Below, one piece after another: positions 47,701 through 57,883 of a stretch of 57,883 bases of DNA; within the stretch, counting starts at the first letter, position 1, and each line of letters begins with the position of its first letter. This DNA is from Octopus bimaculoides. Taxonomy: Eukaryota. The stretch spans positions 14,848,298-14,906,180 of the forward strand of contig NC_069000.1 in NCBI RefSeq assembly GCF_001194135.2. Direction: 5' to 3'. Position numbers and translations under genes: made by a program. A model generated the notes under the pieces. It was not told the DNA's origin. It worked only from the letters and a program-made list of their open reading frames with translations, and searched no databases.

Positions 47701-49931
47701 NNNNNNNNNNNNNNNNNNNNNNNNNNNNNNNNNNNNNNNNNNNNNNNNNNNNNNNNNNNNACTTACGGCACCTTATTCACAACCCCTTCCACTGCAAAAG
47801 AAAAAAATAAATGAAAATAAAATAATGAAATAAACCTGTTAATCACTACCTGATAAAGCGAAGATTTTTTTTTTTCATAGAAGTCTGTTTTAATAAAGAT
47901 ATACAATGTATGTCTGCCTCCCATCTTAGGATATCATGTTCTGAGATTTGGCTATTTGATTTTTAAGATAAAGTAATAAAGCAGAATTTGTTTTTTTCTT
48001 TTTTGGCTTCTGGTTTCTTAAACCAGTTGAATGTAGTTGTATTTTCCTCTTTTTTTTTTTTATATTTCAAAGAATTTTTCATTATTATTATTATTTTTTT
48101 TTTGTTTTGCAAATGTAGAAGTGAAATGGCTAAACAGATTTAGGTTTTGGGTTTCTGGTTTGTAATTTGTGAATTTGAGATCACTACAAGTTGCTATATT
48201 GCTAGATTTTTCAGGAAGTACACTGTTATTCCTTTTTACATCAGCTGTCTTCAATTTTGCTGTGAGAAATTGTAGCGAGGTAATCTTTTACTGTTATCCC
48301 AAGAATCTGCAATAATGCTGCTTATTTTAAATTTCCATAGTAATAAGGGAATGAGATAAATCCCCCATCGATAAGTATGTTGAACTATCCCAGGCATTTG
48401 TTGTTGGTATTGTTTATCTCAAGACCAGCCTGAATCAAGCAGACCAATGACTATAGAGATTCCAGCTGTGGCCATCTTATCGCTTAAGTTTATGTTATCA
48501 AATGTGCACTTTGAGGAAGTTTTGGTTGCTATTTCTATCAGGTTGAATGGCCATACATGGACTTCCCTATTGGTTTATTACAGGTAATTTTTTTTGCTCA
48601 CCATATTAATTAACCCTTTTCTTCATCCACATAAAAAAGCACCCAGCATGCTTTGATTGGCATTAGGAAGGGTATCCAGCCATAGAAACCATGACACAAC
48701 AGATAATTGGAGTCTGGACAGCTCCCTGTTAGCCAGTTCCATGTCAAACCGTCCAACCCATTTTGATGATGCAATCATTTATTTTTTTAGAATGACATTG
48801 TAGGGTAGGGATGAGAAGTGAGATCTGGCCAGTTTGAACATAAAACAGGTAGAATAGTTTGGCCGGATATGCCCAGTTTGAATACTGAAGACTTAAGCAA
48901 TAGTTTTCCATATTTTTCTAAATTTTTGTCTTTAAAATATGCAATTTTTAAAAAAATTATTTCCATGTGAAATGCACAAGATGTGGTTGCATGGTAAGAA
49001 GTTTACCTGTTACATATGTGTGTGTGTGTTTGTTCCTGTGTTTGTTCCCCCAACTCCACTCGATAATTGGTGTTGGTGTGTTTATGTCTCCATAACTTAG
49101 TTTGGCAAAGGTGACCAATAAAAGAAGTATCAGGCTTGGAAAAAGAATTAGTCCTAATTAGTCCTGGTGTTGATTCATTTGCCTAAAATTCTTCAAGGCA
49201 GTGCCCCAACATGGCCACAATTTAATGACTGAAATAAGTAAAAGAGAAAAGATTTTTTTTAGATATCTAGTTTGCAACGATGTCGAAAATATTGTGAAAT
49301 ACTGGTGCAGAGGTTTCTATATATTGACTCCACGTTGATCAGTTTGATGTTGATGATGGTCTGTGATGGACTTAAAACAACAAAACAATATCAATGTTAT
49401 ATAATCACATGACATTTGCATATCATTTTGGAAATTAATTATTAATAGATTAATTGATAGTAAATTGTGTGATTTATGTTACCTGTTGTTTTAAAATATG
49501 ACAAAAAGATTGACTGTATGTGATGGGTTGAAGGTTAGCAATCATGGCATCAAAGGTGATGACGATGATCATGATGACAAATCTTGTATGAAATGCAAAA
49601 TGATAAGTGATGAGTTTGTTTTATTTGCTTAGAGATTTTAATGCTACATCTCCAAACAGGATATAGTTCTGTGTATCATTAACTCCCTACCACCACTATC
49701 ATCATCATATGTCATTTTTTTTTTCCATGTTGATATATAATCGGATGGGTCCCAAAGTACTTTGTCAATTGTTGAGGTCCTTCATCGGCTGCCTTATACA
49801 CCAACAGAGAAAATGACTAATTTTTGTTACTGCATTTGGTATAATATAGTTTTTACAACTGGATGCCACTTTCTATAACAGATTTATTCATAGTATGGAC
49901 TGGGTGCATTTTGTTCACTGGTGGTATTCAC

Positions 49932-50232
49932 TGGCAGAGGTATTGTTTTCAGCTGTGTTTGTTTGTTTGTTAGTCCATGGACAAGCTATCTCAAGAACCA
50001 CTGGATGGATTCGGATGAAACTTTCAGGGATGTTTGGCCTCGTGACTGGCATCAACTGATTCTGGATTATTTTTCTGTTTTCTTTTTTAACTTAATTTTT
50101 AGTATTCTCGTTTGTGAGAGCAGTCAAGTTTATTTCAGATATTCTCATTTTAAAAATCATCTCTGGATAATCGTTGAGAGGACGTTGGTGTTGACTTGGC
50201 GGAGGTTTGCGCTCTCTGAGAGCTCTTGTTAT
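49932..50232 (+). mobile_element. HINE-like element with 3' subterminal repeat and stem-loop
   Basis: 5' GGCAGAGGTATTG, (GTTT)n, 3' GGCGGAGGT (50198-50206), then the stem-loop GCTCTC-T-GAGAGC and TTGTT. Confidence 0.75.
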
Positions 50233-51805
50233 TATTTGGTAGAATCGTTAGAATACTGGAAAATGCCTTGTGACTCTTTACATTATGAATTTCAAATCCC
50301 ACCGTTGTCTACCTTGCTTTTCTTTCCTTTGGGGTTTATAGAATATGTACCAGTCAAGTACTGGGGTTTATGTAGTCACTTAACCCCCTACCTCAAATTT
50401 CTAGCTTTGTGCTTATATAAGAAAATTGTTTAGCCTTGATCAAATCAACTAGACTGATGATCAACAGCCTGCTAGTCTTGACCATCCCCTTTTGTTTTTA
50501 AGACAGTTTATCTAGGACTACATTATGCTGTATGTCTATCCTTTTGCTAGATGGTAGGGTGTTATTTGTGGGAAATTCAGGAGTTGTTTCTGGCAGATTG
50601 TGTGACTGTAAAGAGGTCTTTTGGTTCCAAATGTTGGCAGTTGTTCATACTTACCTTCACTGGCCCCTTTCTGTTGTTGATGATGATGATGATGGCGATA
50701 ACGATTGTGTTGTGCAGTTTAATGATAGTCCTTGATGTTAAGTGATATGATAAATATGCAGTAGAAACAGGGCATGTTTAGGAAGATTACACCGTGTGTA
50801 TGAGCTCTTTGTATGCTGTTCTGTGTATTGGGTTAAGACTGGAGAACAGAACAAGTAAACTTCTCAGCAACTGCTTCCTCGCACCTCCTCCCTCACCAAT
50901 TTCCCCCCTCTCATCTCCCACACCAATTGCCCACCTCCCATACCAGTAGCCTTCTCCCACCTATCATTCCAATTATCTCCTCCCATCACCCTCACCAATT
51001 ACCCCCTCCGACTCACAAGTGTTTTATAGTTACAACCTTTTGACTTCCTCACACTTTCAGCTTTTCTGACTGTAGACTTTGTGAAGGTGATGATTGGTCG
51101 GTTGGTTAGTTAGTTAGTTAGTAGTAGTAGTAGTTGTTGTTGTTGTTTTTGGCAGTGGTGGTGGTGGTAAGCTGTGGTAGTGGTGGTGGTGGCTGTAGTG
51201 TTGTTGTTGTTTGTGATGGTGGTGTTGGTGATGGTGATGAACTGTGGTGATGATGGCTGGGGGTTTGGATAATGATGGGTACTACTGCTGGTGGAGGTGG
51301 TGGTGGTGGTGGTTGTGGTGGGCACTATCTATAGGGGGTAACATTTACAGTGGATGGTGTGGATTGTGGTATTTATGATAGTTGTTGTTGGTGGTGATGG
51401 TGATGGTGGTGGTAGTGGCAGCAGAGATGGTGTTAGTGGCCGGGGTGGGGGTGGGGGCTAAGGCCATTAGTGGCAAGAAGTAGTATAATACTGATTATTC
51501 TGAATCAAAGGATCTCCTTTCATTCGGGTGAACCCGTGTATGGGGTGGGTAGGGTGGAGTGATGTGGGAGAAGTGCTTTGTCTTTTCCTTTATCTTTTCT
51601 TATTTTTGCTTTATTATTGTAATTCCATTAGAAACCTGTAAAAGAATGAAAATAATAATTAGCTGCCTCTATTGTCTCCTTCTACTAAATAACCCCCATA
51701 CCCCCCTCCAGTCAGCCACTTTAGACCCACAAGTTTGGTGGTAGGACTATTTATCATTGATATAAATTTTGAATAAGTTCGTGTATAATATTGTATAATA
51801 TTTAA

Positions 51806-51839
<34 letters not shown>

Positions 51840-52017
51840 TATGAGTATGCCTGTGTATGTGTGTGTATGTATGTAAGTTGTGTGTAAGTATGTGTATATG
51901 TATGTGTGTATGTGTATGCCTGTATACTTGTGAGTGAGTGTGTGTATGTATGTATCTATGTATTTATGAATGTGTGGGTGTGTATGTATGCATATGTATG
52001 CTTTTTTGTGTGTATAT

Positions 52018-52075
<58 letters not shown>

Positions 52076-53499
52076 ATGTATTTGTCTTTCTTCTCTGACT
52101 CATAACCACTTCACTGAACTGCGGCAGTCAAATCTTGTTGACTTTCGAGTAGATTCCGCCTTGAATGCTATGATGATGATGGACCGAAGAACTGAAATGA
52201 TTCCCATGTCAGTCTTCTTCAAGTTACCAGAACCTCCAATTCTTTTGTTACCAAATAAGGAGAGTTAAACTGCATGTTACACATGGCCAAAAAGCAGGGT
52301 CATAACTATGTGGCAGGTTTGAGTTAAATTGTAAAGTACAGTATAGTATCTTGAGCAAATGTCTTCTTATCTTCTACTGTAACCTCAAGTTGACCAATGC
52401 AGTAATTCTTGTTGGGGTGAGACTGGCTCTTGTGCAGGTAGCACATGAAAAACACCTTTTGAGCATGGTTGTTGCCAGAACTGCCTGACTGGCCCTCATG
52501 CCAGTGGCACGTAAAAGCACCTACTACATTCTTGGAGTGGTTGGCGTTAGGAAGGGCATCCAGCTGTAGAAACTTTGCCAGATCTGATTGAGCCTGTTGC
52601 AGCCTTCTGGCTTGCCAGTCCTCGGTCAAATTGTCCAACCCTTGCCAGCATGGAAAGCAGATGTTAAACGACGACGATGATGATGATGATATACATATAT
52701 ATATACATAGCAAATGGAATTAAAACAGCATCTAGATATTATTTCCCAAACACAAACTATTAATTACACTTGTAGTGCTGGATGATGATATTGTTGATGG
52801 TGATGATATCTTAATTAAGAATGCAGCATTAGTAGCCATGTTCAAGCAACCAGTTTTTAAATCATAATATTGACATCTAAAGTAATTGAAGTAATTTGTC
52901 AGCTGAAATTGAAGTTAGTCTGAGCAACTACAGTATCATTCCACTACAACAACAACAACAACATTAGTGGCAATTTCTAACCTGGGTTTAAAGCAATAAA
53001 TTCTGTTAAGAGAGGTTAGTCAATTACATGGTTTCTAGTAAGTACTTGACTGGTACTTTGATAAATTTCGAAAGATGAAAGGCTTTCGTTGGCCTGAGGC
53101 TATAGTAGAAGACACTTGCCCAAGGCACCATGCAGTGGGACTGAACCTGGAACCATGTGATTGGGAAACAAGCTTCTTACCACACAACTACATCTGCACC
53201 TAAATACACACACACACACACACACACATAATAATGATATATATATATATATGTGTGTATATGTATGGATATATGTATGTATATGGATATATATGTATGT
53301 ATATATGTATATGTATGGATATATATGTATGTATATATGTATATACATGGATATATACGTATGTATATAAGTATGGATGTATGTGTATGGATATGTTTAT
53401 ATATGTATGTATATATGTGTATATTTGTGTGTATATATATATGTCTGTGTGAGTGTGTGTGTGTATGTATATATATATGTGTATATGTATGTGTGCATA

Positions 53500-53536
<37 letters not shown>

Positions 53537-54522
53537 GACTTGTCAGTGCTTACATTCCCCAACAACCATTGTTATTTTGTTTTATATTAATAGTGCATAG
53601 GCAATCAATAATTCAATTTCTTATTTGTATATAAGTCCAAGTTAAGGTTTATGATAACGATTAAGCTGGTATATTAAAAGGAAAAAAAACAACAACAAAA
53701 ACTACTTTGAAACAAAAACAATAACATCAAACTATAAACAAGCCATATGATTACTAAAGAAGATTAACATAAATATATCTTTAAAATATAATTATAAAGC
53801 TGAGTGTTGTTGTTACACATTGAAAACTGCTTAGCTGATGATAAAATCAATTTATAAATTATAAACTTTTACCATTTTCCATAAAATGCAAATTTTCAAG
53901 AACACAATCATTGGCACATGATAGTTTTGTTGTTGTTGTTGTTGTTCTTCCTCCTCTTAATAATTATCTAGCATACAATATAGTCAGAGTCATTCTATTC
54001 TAGATGAGTGGTTACCAAATTTATTTTGTAGCTGAACCATTAGCACGATTTTCCAAAAATTGCAAATCTTATACCTTTGCTAACACTTAAGTATTCAAAC
54101 CAGCTATATCTGGCCTCTCGCACCTGTCCTACATTATCATTTTAATCATGTCATCAAAATCTCGAGGCTTTATTAAAAATTAAAATTAAATTAATTTTCA
54201 CAGTATATTGAATTTAATTGAGATTTTACCTGTAAATTTGGATTTTTATCCCTAATATTATACATATATATATATCAGTTAAATAAAGTTAAAACATGTT
54301 CTGGTTTTCACGTTTTTTATTATGGTATTTTAACATTAAAAAAAATATTTTGGAGTGCTCATTAAGTTAAATAAGCACTTTCATACATAGTGTAATTATC
54401 AAATTTCAAATGTGTTTAACTGACAGTTGAGTTCCTGATAACTTTAGTACCTCTTAGAACGCACCAACAAGCTGAATTTTTAGAATACCTTTTTGACCAA
54501 TCTGCAAGCATTTTAAACATCA

Positions 54523-54740
54523 CGGTTTGCCAGGTGTACCGATATTCTGTAACTTGTTTATATTTATATGCTAAAGATATTTCTTAATCCACATCATTAA
54601 CTAGTTATATTATTGGTGTTATTTCCGTTCAGAATGGGTTTGAACATTTTAATAAACAGTTTTTCTTTTATCGTTCTTCTTTATAGCTCTAGCATATAAA
54701 TATAAACAAGTTACAGAATATCAGTATGTCTGGCAAACGG
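54523..54740. mobile_element. 218-bp MITE with 51-bp TIRs (Tc1/mariner-pogo-like)
   Basis: 54523-54573 versus the reverse complement of 54690-54740 match at 46/51. The right end reads ACGG|TA; the left flank is CA rather than TA. Confidence 0.75.
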
Positions 54741-54833
54741 TATACATGTATATCCTTTTACTTGTTTCAGTCATTAGATTGTGGCCATGTACATACATAC
54801 ATACATACATACATACATACAAGCTCACACATG

Positions 54834-54866
<33 letters not shown>

Positions 54867-55545
54867 TTTATTGTTCATCTAAGGTTGGTAATAATTCCAC
54901 AAAGAAGCAAAAAAAAAAGAACCCACAAAAACAAAAATACTTATTTGATTAACCCTGAGTGTTTCAAGTCATATATGAAGTCACATCTGTTGCTATATAA
55001 GTAAATTTCAATCATGCTTTGTCATGTTCAGCCTGAATACCAAAACTATGCCATCAATAACATTAAGTATTTAACTAAGAATTAATCACAGATCTAATTT
55101 ATTGATTAGTTCCATATAAGATAGGACAGCATCAATAGAAATACAATTAAGTGAAACGAATTTCTCATTTGTATATTTGCAATAAATTTATGTTATCAAT
55201 AATGTTAGTGTTATGCAACTATCAATTAATTATAGGCGTACCATATTCTACATAGGTAGGTAACCTGATGTTTTTAGTGTGATCAAGTAATCAACAATAA
55301 GTATTATTAGTATTGATGAGTGAAAAAATATTTAATGATAACATTATGAAGAAAGCTCTAGAAATGTTTTGTGAGAGGTTGCATCTAGCTGGTTTGAATA
55401 TTGTTGGCACTCCGTCGCTTACGACGTTGAGGGTTCCAGTTGATCTGATCAACGGAACAGCCTGCTCGTGAAATTAATGTGCATAGACTGGCCACTTCTA
55501 TCTTTATCTATATACTCTACTGCTCTATAACTTAGAGTGTGCTTC

Positions 55546-55588
<43 letters not shown>

Positions 55589-56699
55589 ACAGCTTCGAAA
55601 TTGTGGACTTTTTTTCCCATATGACACCATTGTTAATCCACGAATAAAGTATATGTGTGTGTATTCACAACAAAACAGTAAAGATAATATTAAAAATGCA
55701 TAAAAGCAAGACTAAGAAAATATAAAAAATAAAAAAGAATTTTGTATATTATTTAAATACTAAAGAAACTTCTGAATCACTTTGCGTATAGAATGAATAA
55801 ATAATATGCTTTACACAAGTATAGCTTGCTACCTGTATGTCTCATAAATTTTTCTGTAACTTTTTTTCACTCTGTCAATTTTATTATTCATATATATATT
55901 GGGGGGTATAATTATAATAGTGTCAAAAATTTGTTTGTATGGTGTGTGTGTGTATATGTGTGCGCATGTATTTTTGCATTGTTACTTCATTTTGTCTGTA
56001 CGGACATACCTTGTACTGCAATTTCAAATAATTTTTCTCCTTTTAATTTTATTTTCTTTAACTCAGTAACAAAGTTTGACAACACACCCTGCTCTGTCTG
56101 ACAAACATTACCTCCGTCATCAACTGCTTGAAATTATATGTTTTAGTGTCTCTTTACCAAATACATTTCTTCACTATTCTAAATCTGTTAAAAGTTTCAT
56201 CATACTAACATTTCACAATATATTCAGACTTCATAATATCCTAACATTTATAAACATTAACAAATATTTTATAATTTACTGCAAGCAGCTAGCTGACAGA
56301 ATCATTAGCATGCCAGGCAAAATACTTAGTGGCATTTCATCTGTCCTTATGTTCTGAGTTCAAATTCCACTGAGGTCGACTTTGCCTATCATCCTTCCGA
56401 GGCTGATAAAATATAACCGACTTATCCCCTCCACCAAAATTGCTGACCTTATGCCAAAATTTGAAGTCAACATTTCATAATTTACTAACCTTTATTAATA
56501 TTCTATCATTTCATATATAACAGTCATTGACCCCTTGAATATTGACCCCTTTCATTACTGTTTCATTCTGGTGGACCCTCATAGCCATTTGATTTTTAAA
56601 AATCAGTTTTATAAAAGCTTCTTTTCAAAATTCCTATTCTGTTTTTCACACATTAACTTGTGTAGGTTGAATGATATAAAATGTTAGAGAAAGATACCT

Positions 56700-56842
56700 T
56701 GCTGCTTCTTGCAATACATACCAATATGTACATCTAAAGCAAAATATTTTTGGGAGCCCTTAAAATACTATTGTGGATCCCTGATTTGTTATTTTGTTAT
56801 GTGGACCCTCAGGGGCCATGTGGATCTGGTTGAGAACTGCTG
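56700..56842 (+). mobile_element. hAT-Charlie-type right end
   Basis: GTGGACCC...GGTTGAGAACTGCTG terminus (reverse complement CAGCAGTTCTCAACC); left end not identified. Confidence 0.55.
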
Positions 56843-57883
56843 ATTTATACTAACGTGCAGGTACCTGTATTTCATTTAATTATTTAAGTAAATTTAATAT
56901 TTGCTTAATTTAGAGTGTGTTGACTTAGGCGACCTCCTGTGGTTTGGAAAAATCATTAATCCAGAAAGGCTTTGGAACCTGTGGTTTCCTAAAATCGATG
57001 TTGTACCTGTGTATTAACACTTCATCTGTACTCTTTAACACATTATACTGCAATTTAAACATGTGACATGTAATTTTATTATCTAAATTTTTTTAATAAA
57101 CTTTTTAACTCTGTGATAACATTGAACAACACACTCTGCTCTTTCTAAAAAACCCCACCACCTCCACCTTGAAGTGGCATATGGAGGTTGTTGTCATTAG
57201 GTGTACCACCACAAAATATTCGTAAGATGACGTAAAATGTTCGATAACCTCATTGTACAATTTTGTTACTAATCAGTATATAATCAATGAAAATTAAATT
57301 AAAAGCACATATTTCTGCAACTGTAAAAGCATTTAAGATCAACACTAATTAGATTTTAAATAAAGTGCTTAAGCACACACACAGACAAAATCACAAAATT
57401 CACTGACAAAATATCAACTTAAAACCTTTCACATCGAACTGTTTTCAGTGACTAACGATGAAACTGCTGATGTTGCCCAAACTTGTAGTGTTTGGTGTGC
57501 TAACAGCCCCAGAATTCAACTTGACTTAATTTCTTTTCTGACTTCTAAAAGTGTATTATTAGTTTTGAAAACAAATTAAGATCAAAGTGATATGATAATA
57601 TTGTAAGAAAAAAATTGTCAAAAAAATTAGTTTTGGTTAAGGAATTATAAATTAATTTAAATGTACAACTTCTCACCATGAAAATGAACATGCAACTGTG
57701 CTGTCAAACCTGTTGCATATCCTTTGCCATTGATTTTTTGCCATTGATTTTTTGCCATTCTCCCATTATCCTATGATACACCTGGTACCATATTATGATA
57801 CAATGCACTGTGAGGTATGCAGTGTTATTTCAGTATATCTGCCACCAAATTTCAAAGAGTGGTATAACAAAAGGTTTCCATTA

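Noticed and set aside
619-55004. Many 60-360 aa ORFs rich in Y/I/C/V/H/T or X
   Set aside because: They are translations of (TA)n, (TG)n and (CA)n microsatellites or of N gaps, not proteins.

Overview
Eukaryotic, AT-rich, repeat-dense draft-assembly DNA with 11 N-gaps. The SINE families, RTE-type tails and (TA/TG/CA)n microsatellite density look like an octopus (coleoid cephalopod) genome; this is an inference from repeat style, not a database match. No complete gene or nameable cellular protein is present, and most listed ORFs are microsatellite or N-gap artefacts. Well-supported features: dozens of tRNA-derived SINE copies, RTE and CRE-like LINE remnants, an internally deleted Tc1/mariner transposase, Helentron-type (HINE-like) elements, and several non-autonomous DNA transposons with readable TIRs/TSDs. 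These include a hAT-Charlie element carrying a nested GG-ended element with an 8-bp TSD, and a near-perfect 207-bp palindrome containing telomeric repeats. A CpG-retaining block at about 38.7-46.7 kb holds a promoter-like module and candidate divergent first exons, one possibly followed by a 12-nt microexon. It is flanked by CpG-decayed blocks that may be methylated gene bodies. All exon calls are low-confidence, sequence-only predictions.
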